Of a stretch of 64,000 nucleotides of DNA, positions 13,460-26,100 are shown piece by piece. The stretch is from the human T2T-CHM13v2.0 reference genome, Homo sapiens. The notes under the pieces are model-generated. The model was not told the DNA's origin. It saw nothing but the letters and a program-made list of their open reading frames with translations, and did no database searches. Location: assembly GCF_009914755.1 (NCBI RefSeq), contig NC_060925.1; one strand, written 5' to 3'. Made by a program: the position numbers and the translations under genes. The stretch's first letter is position 1; each line of letters begins with the position of its first letter.

Positions 13460-15130
13460 TCCAACATTAATTCAACACATATTTATGAAACCAGGATGGT
13501 TCTAGGCACTGGGATTTCATCAAGGAAGAAGACAAGATCCTGTGCTCACACAGTTTACCATGGGGGAGGAGTTAAAAAGATAAACAAATAAGGAAGATAC
13601 CAGCTAATGATAAGCGCAGTGCATATAATTAAAATCGAGTGGTGGGATAGAAAGAGATTGTGTGGTCAGGAAAAGACATTTAAGCTGAGATCGCAAAGGC
13701 AACAGGAAACCTACCATGCCAAGGGAAGAAGGCAGAATAATCCAGGCAGAGGGGAAAGCAAATGCAAGACAGTTCTGTGGGAAAAAGCTTTGTGTGTTCA
13801 AATAACAGAAAGTGCATGTTGCTGGAACAAAACGAATAGGGGGTGATGTTGGAAAAATGGGCAGAGACCGTTCATACCAGGCCCTGTGCTGTAAGAAACT
13901 GAATCTGGAGTTATTCTAAGGGCACCAGGAAGCATTGAGTTTAAGCAGAGAAGTAACAGGGTCTGGTTTACTTTATTAAAAAGGTCACTTCTGGGTGGAG
14001 AATGGTTTGCAGAGGAGGTGAGAAACTGGCAGCAGAGGGGTCACTTGGAGGTTAGAATAGTTCAGGCAAGAGGCAACAGTGGTTTGGTTGACTACCAGGA
14101 TGGTGGTAGTGGAGATGATGGAAGGGAAAAATGTTCTGCTTATGATTTGCAGGTAGAAGTTAAGGGCTTGCTAACATGTGGAAGGGATGAGAGAAGGGGG
14201 GATTCAGGATGACTCCCTGCTTTGGGGCTTCGGCTGGGTTTGCAGGAGCAGTGCTATTTAATGAGACAGGGAGGACAGGACAGGAGAAGCAGGTTGCAAG
14301 GTGATATGGTTTATGTCCCCACCCAAATCTCAGTTTGAATTGTAATAATTTCCATGTGTCAAGGGTGGGGCCAGGTGGAGATAATTGAATCATGGGGGCA
14401 GCTTCCCCCATACTGTTCTCCTGGTAGTGAATAAGTCTCATGAGATCTGATGGTTTTATAAATGGGAGTTCCCCTGCACAAGATCCTCTTGCCTGCCACC
14501 ATGTAAGATGTGACTTTGATTCTCATTTGCCTTCCACCATGACTGTGAGGCCTCCTCAGCCATGTGGAACTGTGAGTTCATTAAACTGTCCTTTTATAAA
14601 TTACCCAGTCCCAGGTTTGTCTTTATTAGCAGTGTAAGAACAGACTATTACACAGGGACAGGCGTCAAGCACTCTCTGTTGGCCATGTTAAGCTGGGAGT
14701 GCCTCTAAGACATGGAGATGGAGCTGCTGCAGCCGCTGTTGAGGCCACAAATCTGGAATGTTGGGGAGAGGTGAAGCCTGGAGACTTATACTTGGCATTG
14801 TCAGAGAATGGATGGTACCCAGTGCTAGACCCTTGGGCACTCCAATATTTAGAGATAGAAAAGTAGACCAACAGAGAGGCTGAGAAGGAGGAGGAACAGC
14901 CAGCAAGATGTGAAGACGGTGAGGAGAGTGGAGTGTCCTGGATTCCAAGAAAAGAAAGTGGTTTCAGAAATAGTAGAGTCAGCTGTCAGCTAGCTGTGTC
15001 TCACACTCCAGTGAGTGACTTGAGAGCAGAGAAATGACCATGAACTTGGTAACATATGGAGCCCACTGGGGACCTGGGCAAGGGCAGATTCCTTGGAGGT
15101 CGTGGGGGCTAATGCCTAGCTAGAGTGGGC
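13460..15130 (-). mobile_element. L2 LINE, interrupted by a THE1 LTR
   Basis: Antisense L2 motifs (caacacatatttat, ttccaggcagaggg-like, ggccatgttaag..gagtgcct) on both sides of the LTR. Confidence 0.75.
14302..14652 (+). mobile_element. THE1-family (MaLR) solo LTR
   Basis: tgatatggttt..ccccacccaaatctca...ataaattacccagtc...cagactattaca; TSD caagg/caggg. Confidence 0.92.
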
Positions 15131-15256
15131 TGAGGGGTGCATTGAGATCGGCAGTAACATGGCCTTGAGATTTTGTCTAGTAAAGAGTTTTGAGCTTGAA
15201 CATCTGAACAAACCTTTGCAAGTAACATGAAGACCCAATTGCTTCTATTGAATCCA

Positions 15257-15447
15257 CTCCTATTTGCATGTCATTCATAAAATTACAAGCCCACTGTCTT
15301 TTCCTACCATCCTTAGCCTTTCAATCTGGGACTGGTGGCAGCCTCGCTCTCCTCATCGAGAATGTGAAAGTGGCAGCCGAGAGGGTTTAGGGGATTCTAG
15401 TGTAATTAAAAAATGCATTTGGTATTTGAAAGAAAAATCCTGCTCTA
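15257..15447 (+). repeat. Copy 1 of a local direct duplication
   Basis: Aligns by eye to 15944-16117 at about 88% identity plus a ~13-bp indel. Confidence 0.92.
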
Positions 15448-15943
15448 CCATTTAATTAACTCAGTGGCCTTGGATGACAACTATTCCCAAAACTTCCTAG
15501 GCACTGTACACAGGTCTGAAGGTATAAAGAAGGACAGGTGGGCCCACTCCCCTCGAGGGGAGCGCTTCCCGTCCAGTTGCCCATCATCAGGTTGTTAAGT
15601 TCTGTTTCATCACCTGGCCAATGGGCTTGACTGCACTTTCCCTAAGGATCTCACAAAGATTTGTGCAAAACAGACGAAAAGCCCCACAGACCAGCTGCTT
15701 CTGTCCCCCGTGGCGCAGGGGAAATAGGCTTCACATATATTACTTCATCTTCTCTTTTCCGCCTGGGCAAATCTTACTCATTCTCTCCTCTGTGAAGCCT
15801 TCTGACCCCTCTCACCAAAGCAGAATTAAGAGATCACCTGCTGTGTTCTCTCAGCGTTTTGTACATTCTTCAATTAGAGAGACAGCACCTGGTAGCTTAG
15901 TTATTCATCTTTGCATCTCTTGCGGAGTTTTATTTTTCCGCTT

Positions 15944-16117
15944 CTCCTATGTGTCATTCATAAAATTACAAGTCCATTGTCTTTAGCCTTTCAATCTGGA
16001 ACTGGTAGCAGCCTTGCACTCCTCCTTGAAAATGTGAAAGTGGCTTCCCAGAGAGTTTAGGGGATTCCAATGTAATTAAACAATATATTTGGTATTTGAA
16101 AGAAAGATCCCGCTCTA
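15944..16117 (+). repeat. Copy 2 of a local direct duplication
   Basis: Aligns to 15257-15447. Confidence 0.92.
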
Positions 16118-18179
16118 GCCCTTCATTTATGAATGATCCTTGGGCCAGGGATTCTATGTGGGGGCCTCAGGGTCCCTAGGAAATATGTGGATGGGCTTCT
16201 GGGGGTGCTCAAAACCCCAGAAAATATGCCTAATATGTTGTGTGTGTTTTTGTGGGAGAAAGGTGCAGAATATTCTCAAAGGACTCTGTGATGCCCCCAT
16301 GCCCCAACTGAAAAACCCAGGAAATGCAACAGCAGGCATGCAGGTGTTCGCTGAGTGTGAAATGTGTAGGGCATCTCATTATCTCCACTCTTGGGTCATC
16401 AAGGTCCATATTTAGGTTGGCTCTACCAGACCCTGTAGCTGCGAGGTTGTGCCAGATGGCCCATGAGTGGTCCACGAGCTTCCAAGGAGTGCAGTGGGGA
16501 ATGGGGGTGAGAGGTGAGGCAGTCAACCTTAGGCAGGAAGAGCTGCTGTGTGATTGGGATCCGTCCAGACACCACAGCTCAGTCAGCCTGGATTTGTGCA
16601 CAGATGCCCTTGGACGGGAAGAGGAGATAAGAAGCAGGGTGGTGGGGGAAGACTGGCTTTGGCCACACATCACTGTTCTCCCTGGCTTGAAGGGGAGCGG
16701 TTTTTGACCAAGCAAATCCATCTTCTCTTGGGGATTAAGATCAGTTTCTGATAATGGCAAGGAGACCACTTCCCTGGTCCACATGGGGTTGATAAGAGCT
16801 CTTGGCTTCCAAACTCTTGAGGGGGGTGCCAACAGCTGAAGTGGACACCCAAATAACCAGGTGTTTTATTAGACCACATGCAGAGTCCACCAGTGATGGG
16901 CTCCCACACTGCATGGGTGAGAAAGACACGGCATATCTAAGGATAACACACTGATGACTCAGCTCACTTCACTTACCAAGAAAAGAAAAGAGCAAGGGCC
17001 TGGGACACACCATCCTGCTGTGTGATCTTGAAAAAACCACAACCCCTCTCTGAGCTCCAGGATCTTCATAGGTAAAATAAAAGCGTGCAGTGAGATGGTC
17101 TCTAAGGAATATGCAGCCTCTCTCCCACCTTGCGGTCAACCTCCCCACCCCGCTATCTTTTCCCCAGAAGACTCAGAGCTAATGGAAGAGGTGGGTGCCT
17201 CCCAGGTCAGGGCACCCCCCAGCTGAGGCTTGAACAATGCTTTCTCAGGGGTGAGAGTCCTGGCCTGAGCTACTGTTGGGGCCTCCGAGCACATGGAATC
17301 CGGAAGTATATTAAGCCCAAAGTGTGATTTCCAGCAGATTCTTCCTGGCTTTCCTATGCCCTGTTGGGTTTAAATGACAAAGGGGCTGACTTAACTTGTC
17401 GGAAAAGGATTAAAGGTGAACTTCAGCTCCAGCACACCAGTGAAAAAAAAAGAACATGACTGAAATGAGGGATGTTTCCCAGCTCAGACTCACCATCCCT
17501 CCTAAATCCTTTCTCCCCTCCTCTCCCCACATTTTCCTTGTTGGGTGTGAGCTCCCACAGGGCAGGCAGTCTTCCCGTTGCAGACAGGCACAGCTGTGTG
17601 CTTTTCTAAAACACATATCTGACCTTACCACGACCACCCCTCCCTGCCCCACACTTCGCAAGAGCTTCTCATCACCTGAAAGACCAAGTTCAAGGTCATT
17701 GGCCCAGCATACAAGGTTCTTCTTGATTCAACCTCTGTTGACTGATTTCTTCAGCCTTGCTTCCTACCACGTTCCCAAATGGGCCCACCATTCGAATCAT
17801 ATGGCTGATTTGCAGTTCTCAGAATGTGCCAACGTTCTTTCCCACCTCCGAGCTGGTGCATATGTGCTGTCTCTGCGTGCAATGCCCTTCTCCCCTCCAT
17901 CTGGTCAACTCCTACTTGCCCTCCAAGGCCCAGCTTCAGTGTTGCCCCCCCTCCCCGCCACCAGAGGCTTTTCCCCATCCATTTTTCCCCCTTCAATCTT
18001 CTTCCACATTCAACTGCCATGACCCAGGCTGAGTTAGCTTCTCATAACACTCTCAAAATACTAAGCACGTGACCATATGACTCAACACACTGGACTCATG
18101 TGTTCATTTTTGCAGCAGATATTTCTTGAGTACCAACTAGTGCCAAGCCTTGGGAATAGAGCACAGAATAAGAACAATG

Positions 18180-18513
18180 GGCTGGGCACACACAGGCTGT
18201 GGCTCATGCCTGTAATCCCAGCACTTTGGGAAGCTGAGAAGGATAGATCGCTTGACCCCAGAAGTTCAAGAACATCCTGGGCAACCTGACAAAACCCCAT
18301 CTCTATAAAAACACAGAAAAATTAACCAGGCATGGTGGTGCTTACACCTGTAGTCCCAGCTACTCAAGAGGCTGAGGTGGGAGGATGGATTGAGCCCAGG
18401 AGGTCAAAGCTGCAGTGAGCTGTGATTGCACCGCTGCACTCCAGCCTGGAGGACAGAAAGAGACCCTGTCTCAAAAACAAAAACAAAGAAACCCAAAACA
18501 AATACGCAAAACA
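18180..18513 (+). mobile_element. Alu (AluJ-type)
   Basis: Both arms; J-like 'gaggatggattgagcccaggaggtcaaagctgcagtgagctgtgatt'; degenerate A-rich tail. Confidence 0.93.
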
Positions 18514-18879
18514 AGGTAGCCCTGTCTTTTGTGGAGCTTGTAGTTAAGTGGGAGGAAACAGGTATTACATGAAAGACTGTCAAATAAATGCTTCTTTCAA
18601 ATTGTGGTCACCGCTTTGACAGAGAAAGACAGGTGTCTGCTTGCTGAGAGCTCATAGTAGGAGATGAACTGTAATAGTTGAATGTCTGTCTCCCAGAATG
18701 CAAACCCTTTGCTGGCAGTGACCAGGTGTCCTGTTTGTCTTTCTCTCCTGAGTGTCTAGCATGATGCTGAGCACATAGCTTAGAGGATGGATGGTTGGAT
18801 GGATGGATAGATGTATGCATGGATGGATATCTTATGTGGCCCTGAGGGTCACAGAGGTAAACTTGTAGTTGATGAGGTT

Positions 18880-19010
18880 AATAACTTTCCCACAGTTGGA
18901 GCTTTTCAACCATGGATGGGCTGTCTTAAGGACTGGTGGACTTCCTAACCCTGGAAATGTCTAAGCAAATGGCATGGCCACCTGTCAAAACTGCAGTAGG
19001 AAGTAATCCT
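18880..19010 (+). mobile_element. L3/CR1 LINE fragment
   Basis: aactttcccacagttggagc..caaccatggatgggctgtct..ccctggaaatgtctaagca resembles the L3 3' region. Confidence 0.6.
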
Positions 19011-20355
19011 GGGCCCAGTGCACCCAGAGCTATTGACCCTATTTGTTTCAGCTCTGGAATTCTGTGCTGCCTCAAGCTCAGCTGCGCAGCCATGATATCA
19101 TGACAAGGGGTAAGAAGCAGAGTGTCCAGCCAACCTGGCTAGTTGGGGTTGAGTATGGGGCTTCTGTGGAAATCAGGCATCAGAAAGTTCCAGATTCCCC
19201 AGGAGTAGGGTTATGTGACTGTTCTGAGAAGCAGACATGTGTGGCTGTAAATGTCCAGAGAAAGTGCCCCACCCTTGAGTGAACATTCAAAGGTGAGGCC
19301 AGGGGACACCTGGGAGTTGAGAGGAGGGGGAGGATGTGAACGAATTTTATAGGGTTCAGAAGTCCACTCCACAACTTATGGCCTTATACAAAGCATCTCT
19401 GTCCATGCCACACTGCTTTAAACACATCAGTGATGCCTTTCCATGGTTCTTAGGATACAGACAAATATCCCTGGTGTTGCCATACAGGACTTTGCATTGT
19501 CTGGCCCCTGCCTGCCCCTCGAGGCTCCTCTCCCAGTATGCACCCATAAGTGAAGATTCTGGGGATATCAGAGACCTCAGAGAGCCTTGAGAGAAGGAGG
19601 TAGAAGGACTAGAGTCAGGGAGACTGAGGTTAGGTGAGGTTAAGCAACTTGCTCAAAGTCCTGCTGCTAGATAGTGGTTGAGTCAAACTTCAAAACCCAA
19701 CTCTCTGACTACAAAGTTCAGCTCTTTCTGTTAGGTCCCATTGAAGGCCATAAATACCCTGTTAGGGGTTGGAGGGATTTCCCCCTGAGCGATGGGCAGT
19801 ATGAGGACTGGACCCTCGAATGCGCTGAATCCCTCTGGCTTGGGGAGCCTGTGGCAGGTAAGACAAGCCTTCCTCCCATCTCCCTCATATCATCATGAAT
19901 GCCACTGCTGTAGCGGTGCGTTCAGGTCAGGTGCTGCGCTAGGTATGTTACAAAGATCACCTCACTGAATCCATACAGGAATCACAAGATGCCGGTACAG
20001 TTGTCCATTTTAGGGTTGGGGACATTGAGGCTCAGAGAAGTTAACTAACTGACCCCAAGTCTTGCATATGGTAAGGCGGAAGGGGTTTGTCTGAGTCCCC
20101 TTAGAGCAGCCCAGCCTTCTCACTCTAAGCTGATGGAGTGGTCTGGATCCCCCTTTGGGAAGCTCTGTGGCCTCCTCCGTGGGGGAGAGATGGAGATGGC
20201 CTGGGGGCAGAGGAGCTTCTGGACATGGCTGCTTCAGGCTGTCCTCATCATCACCCTGCCGGAGCCATCTGTCTGCAGTAGTGCTGCGGCACAGATCCAC
20301 ACAGAGGCTGTCAACGTCAAATGAGGACTTGAGGGAAAACAGCTTCCACCCTGCA

Positions 20356-20421
20356 GAGATGACACAGGCAGCACGGTTCACCTACTCTGAGATGACACAG
20401 GCAGCATGGTTCACCTACTCT
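20356..20421 (+). repeat. 33-bp tandem duplication (2 copies)
   Basis: gagatgacacaggcagcaYggttcacctactct x2, one mismatch. Confidence 0.97.
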
Positions 20422-21384
20422 CAGCACGGCAGAGCAGACAGGTGTAAGGAAGGGCCCCTTCTCCCCCACGCTGCCTCCCTGCATGCCCCTCCCAAGCTGG
20501 ACTCTCTTTTGGTGAATGGTGGAAAATGTCTAGCAAAACCGTCCACGGCTGAGGCTGCTTCCAGTCATGGCACACAGACCTCAGGAATCCCATTAATGAG
20601 AGGGATGGCTTCTGAATTGGATACCATTCTTCAAGAAAGGAAGTTGTATTATTATTATTTTATTATTTTGCAAAGTGGTAGAGTAACTCAAATGAGTCTA
20701 AACAAGTATTGTCAAGTAGTGGTTCTTGGGGGACCTGCTGTAATGGCTATAATAGTCATTTCAATTGGCACATTAATTATATGGGAGCAGGTGCTTCTAA
20801 AATAATTGAGGGTGTAAGAAGGCTGTTTATTTCCTTACGTGCTTTCAACGTTCCCCTTCAACCCTCTTTACTCTATGAATATCAAGTCATGCAAAGCCTG
20901 TTCTTTGGAGACAGAGAAGTGAAGCCTGTCTGAAATCGCAGGCTCTAATTTAGGGAAGTCTCCAGTTTATTCGTTCATCCCTTCATCCCTCCAGGTAGAG
21001 AACTAACACCTGCAGAAAACCTTGGCAGGGCCTTGGCTGCAGCCTAGAGATGCCATCCCTGGCTCACACTCTGCTGGGGGGGACAGGTGTCATGTGACCC
21101 GCACCCTTGTCTGGAGCTATTCAAGAGTGAGGAAGGGACAGTGGGCATGGCAAGTAGAGGTGAGAGCAGGTGCAAAGGCCTGGGGGTGGCCCATCTGACT
21201 CCCATCAGGCGCTCAGTGAAGGGTCAGGAAGAGGGGAGGCAGGAGGAGGAGGCTGAGGGCAATCAGGGACCTATGCCAAGTCTGGGGTGCCCTGCAATGG
21301 AGCTTGAGCTATATCCAAGGGGAACAGTCAAGAAATTTTAAACACAAAAGCATCATCATTCGATTTTAGGAAGCTCTGGACCCC

Positions 21385-21930
21385 TCCCTAGAGATGTCTG
21401 ATAAGCATCTCAGACTTAACATGGCCAAAGCAAAGCTCTGCATTTCTTCCCTAAACCTACCCCTCCCTTAGTCTTCTCCACCTCAGCGAACGGCATCACC
21501 ATCCACCAGTTTCCGAAGCGAAAAATCTAGGGCGTCTCTCCTATCACATCTCATCCCTTGCCCCTGCCCACTCCCCGCATCTCTTCCATCGAATCCGTTC
21601 TAAAAGACAAGCCCTGAATCCACTGCTTCTTCCCCATTCCTGGGCCTCCAAGCCAGCTGAAGCCTCTATCACTACTTCAAGTCAGCACCCTCCTGATCAC
21701 ACTCTCTGCTTCCACTCTTGTCCCCTCAGCCCCCAAATCCAGTATCCACCAAGCAGCCAGAGTGACCTTTTGAAATCAGAACAGTCTTATCATTCCTCAG
21801 TTTTGCCTGATACTTAACAATAAAACCCGGGAGGCACCACCCGGTCTGGCACTGCCCCTTTCTGGCCTCGCCCACTCCACTACCTCCCACCACACCAGCC
21901 TCACTTGGGTTCTGTAAACAGGAGCCAGCC
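21385..21930 (+). mobile_element. L2 LINE fragment
   Basis: gatgtctgataagcatctcagacttaacatggccaaa...gcagccagagtgaccttt. Confidence 0.8.
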
Positions 21931-22884
21931 CACACCTCCAGATCCACGATGTGCAGGCCCTTGTGTTGGGTGCTGCTGGGATTTCAAAGATGAGCAGCAT
22001 GAACCCTGAGGAGCGAGCATATGGACCAGCAGTGAAGATGCTGCTTTGCCAAGGTGCCTCTAGAGACAGAAAGATCCAAGAGCAACTCCTGCCTCCACCT
22101 CTTCCTCTGTCACCTCCCCCATTCTCCATATCTGTGTCTATAAAATGGGATGGTGATAATAGCACTGACCTCGTGGAGGGCCATGACAGCAACCATGCAA
22201 CCAAGCATGCCTGGAACAGTCCAGATGGCGCTTGTTATCTGAGGGTGACTGTTAAGAGCAACCCTTGTTCAGCCTCAAAAGTGCCTGATTTGGACGACAA
22301 ATGACACTTTTGCCAATGCAGCATTCTGGAAGCGCTTTGCAAATGTCGTTTCTCAGGATGGTGCTCTACTTCTCTGTGCACATAGACTATGGGACAGATT
22401 CAAGGGCAGCGCTCCATGCATTGCCCCCGGTCGGGAGATTTCTTAAGCTACAACTCTGGGCAATGGTAGAAAGAGGGACGGAGCCCTAGCCTGCCAGATG
22501 AAAAGAGCTGACTTTGGAATTCACCTCCCTCTCCCTTTCCAGCATGGACCATGGGCCTTGATCCCACCTAGGTGTTGGGCTGTGATGGGCAGGACAGGAA
22601 TCACGGTTTAAGGGGTTGTTGCAGGTGATGCTGGGTGGGCCTTTCTCTGTGTCTGAAAGCTCGTGAAGGAAAGGCAACCCAGTCACCCAGGAGTGGACTC
22701 AATGCCGGAACAATGGATCCCTTGCACAAGTCCAGCTGCATTGCTGACCTATGTGGCCTTTCCAAACTGTGCCATACGTAGAGCCTGTTGCTTCATCTTT
22801 CAGCAAATAGTTATTGAGAGCCCTCTGTGTCTCAGGCCTGGTGCTGGATGCTGCCACAGAGGCCCCTGCCCTGGTGGAATAAAG

Positions 22885-23820
22885 GAAACTGGTAATTGCA
22901 CATTGATCTTCTATGCAGACATCTTACTGACACTTATCAGTGCTAATAGATTTTTTTTATTTTGATCTTTTGCATTATGATGTGAAAATATTATCTGCAA
23001 ATAATAATAATAATAATACTTCTCCTCTCAATGCCTGAGAGACAGCATTTTTAAGGTATAAAAATGTATATCCTGGAACCAGATCACTTGGATTCAAATT
23101 CCAGCATTGCCACTTAGAAGCTGTGTGACTTTTAACAAGTTACTTAACCTCTCTGTGCTCCAGTTTCCTCATCTCATGTAATGAACTTAGGACAGTGCCT
23201 GACGCTATATAAATATTGGTAGGGCTATACTTATTGAACTGATTATAATTTCTTGCCTTATTCCATTGTCTAAAATTTCCAGAATGCTTGTAAAAAAAGG
23301 TTTCCCTGTCTTATTCCTAGTTTTCATAGGAATGCATTTATAATTTTAACATTGCATATGATACTTCCTGCTGGCTTCTGATAAATATTCTTTTTTGTTA
23401 TGAATAGGAAGGTTACTTCTATTCCAATTTCACCTAGAATTTTTATAAAGAAAAATTAATTAAATGCTTCTTAAAAATCTATTGAAATAATCATATGGTT
23501 TTTCTCCTTTAATTTACTAATGTAATGAATTATGTTGATGTTTTTCCTAATATTGAGCCTCCATTGGGTTTTTGTAATTTCTTTAAACAAATAGCTTGTG
23601 TAGCAAATTAAAAGAGCTCTCAAGTATTTGTTTTTTTATTATTATAAATGGGATCTTTTTCATTGGATTTTCTGTGGGTCTCTGGGATGTAAGAATGCAA
23701 TTGATTTTTTGTGGCTTTATCTTGCATCCTACAAATTAGATGAATTCATTTTTTTTCTCTTTAATAAGCATGTAGTGCTTTCTCTGAGTTGTCTAGGCAT
23801 CCAGTCTCCCCAGCTGATAT
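22885..23820 (-). mobile_element. Old L1 (L1M/ME-type) fragments with a nested MIR (~23040-23220, +)
   Basis: AT-rich antisense L1-like text (tctattgaaataatcatatggtttttctcctt); MIR core at 23075-23180. Confidence 0.65.
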
Positions 23821-25240
23821 TTTTGTTTCCTTCTTTCCTGTATTTTTAGATCTATTGCATTTAGCAATGAGCAAGCATGTGTTGAGTGCCTACTATGTGC
23901 CAGGCACTGGGCTAGGATCTGTTTCCTCTGCTGCTGTTGCTGCTGCTTGGCAGGGTGGGTGGTTGGAGTACCCTCTTCAGCTGGAATATTGAGAGCAGGG
24001 GCCTTATGAGGGAATGAATCCCAGGAGGTCCCAAACCACTTAGAGTCAGATCAGGATTCAAACACATTAACCCTCAGGTCAGGCTGCCTCCTGACCGATG
24101 ACTCTCCCCTTCAAGGGGCAGGGGTAATTAACCTTGACAAAGAAGGGGAAACCAAAGCTTGGGAATGCAGCAGTCATTTCTGGCCTGGAGGTGAAGATAG
24201 ATGCCCTTACCCTGCAACCTGGCCTTGAATGGTCCAGCTCTCTGACCTTCTTTTTGTTCTTGCATCTGGGACTTGCTGCTATTAAACAGGAGTGAAAGTC
24301 CCAGTTATATTTTGTTTCTCTTGAGCAGCATCCCAGCTCTGGGGGGTGTGAGATGGCATGGCAGCATGCTGCCATCCCAGGCCCTCCCTGAGTCTGTGAA
24401 TGAGGCCCTCTTGCTTCCTGGGTGAATGTCACTAAGAGGCTGATGGCATCTCAGTGCCCAGTGGGCCCCCCTCACTGCCTGGCATGACTCTTGCTGCCTC
24501 AGGTCCCACCCCTTCCTGCCTATAGATTTGCCCTTGGTTTTTGAGCTAATTACTCCGTCTCATCACTGCACTGACTCTTCCCAGCATCTGACAGCCCTGT
24601 GAGCGTGTATCTTGTAATCTCCCTTCACCTAACACAAGTCAGCTTAATTATGCATGTGGAGCTTAGGACTCCAACCTCCAGGCTCATACTCTGCAATTAT
24701 TTCTGTGGTCTTGTCCCCTTTGGCTTCCTGCAAAGATGGCAGCTGGTGTCTTGCTGTGGAGTCCCTGGAGTTACACCCTACACGGGGTGCCTGACTGAGA
24801 AGGCAGAGGGAGCTAGCTCGGTATGTGCTGTAATCTCCAAACTCCATGCTTGGGACATCTTTTATTAATTCACACTAAATTGCAGTGTGGTTTGTGGCAA
24901 CCTGTCTAGCGCACCCTGGCGGCACCAAAGAGCTGCCCTGTCCACACCAACAACAGGCTTGGGAGCCTCCCAGGATCCCGGGAAGTCCTCAGGCTCTGCA
25001 CCCTGCCCCAGGCTCTTGGCAGACTCTGTGAAGCTCAACACATCTGAGTTTGGAAGCTGCTTTGGACTCAGGGAGAAGAGAGCGAATCTTTGTTGGTTAT
25101 TGATGCTGAGCCAGGCACTAAGCTAAGAGCTCTCCATGCACCACCGGAAGGAGGAACTACAAGTAGCTCCATTGTATAGACAAGAAAACTGAGGCGCAGA
25201 GACGTGATGTGAATTCCCAAAAGTTGCAGAGCTGGAATTC

Positions 25241-25311
25241 TTTTTTTTTTTTTTTTTTTTGAGACAGAGTCTTGCTCTGTCGCCCAGGCTGGAGTGCAGT
25301 GGCACGATCTC
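25241..25311 (-). mobile_element. Severely 5'-truncated Alu (51 bp plus 20-nt tail) inside a MIR
   Basis: T20-gagacagagtcttgctctgtcgcccaggctggagtgcagtggcacgatctc; TSD tgcagagctggaatt / tgcacagctggactt. Confidence 0.92.
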
Positions 25312-25869
25312 TGCACAGCTGGACTTTGAACCCAGTGCTTCTAACTCCAGACTGCCACTCTACCCGTTTTCTTGTTCCCTTGAGATGGTCAGGGGATGTG
25401 AACCTTCCACTTCACAGGGGCTGCCAGCCTTGGTGACCCCAGGATGGGGGCCAGCTCTGTCAGGCTTCTGGAGGCAAGACTGGGTGCCTGGACTGTGCTG
25501 GGGATTGAAGGAGCAGGTACATCCCCTTCCTCCCCTGGGCCATCAACTCCTTCATCCGCCTGGGACCTGCTGCCAGCCTCATCCACCACGTGTCTTTGTT
25601 GCCCTGGGTGGTGGCAGGGAATGAGGGTGCCATCCTTTGAGTGTGAGCTTCTGGAGCTCTTACACTCAAAGCATCAGAGGTGAAAGTGGCAGGAGAGTGC
25701 CCAGCCAGGAACCATGGGCCAGGAAGCAGCCCATCCTCGGAGGTGGCAGGTCACTGGCCTGTCAAAGCCTCCATTCCCTTATCTGCAAAATGAGAGAAGT
25801 AACGCCCCTGGATGGGGTATCGCAGGGAGAAAATGACATCACTCTGGCAAGGGCTGGCAAATAATATCA

Positions 25870-26100
25870 ATACCAATAACAAGCTACTGTTTATTGAGCA
25901 CTGACTATAGACCAAATGCTGTCTAAACACTTACATATATCAGCTTATTTAATCCCCATAGCAACCCTAGGGGTGGGTACTGTCATTGTCCCCATTCTAT
26001 AGATGAGGAGACAGAGACACAGAAAGGCAATCATTTGCTCAAGATCCCACAGGATTTGAAGTGGGATTCAAACTCTGGTGGTTTGGCTTCAGCATCTACA
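25870..26100 (-). mobile_element. MIR SINE, near full length
   Basis: tttattgagcac...ttatttaatcc...cccattctatagatgaggagacagag...gggattcaaactc. Confidence 0.85.

Noticed and set aside
20155-20805. 216-aa ORF, the longest in the track
   Set aside because: No recognisable domain or exon structure; its internal repeat is the 33-bp duplication. ORFs of this length occur by chance in GC-rich introns.
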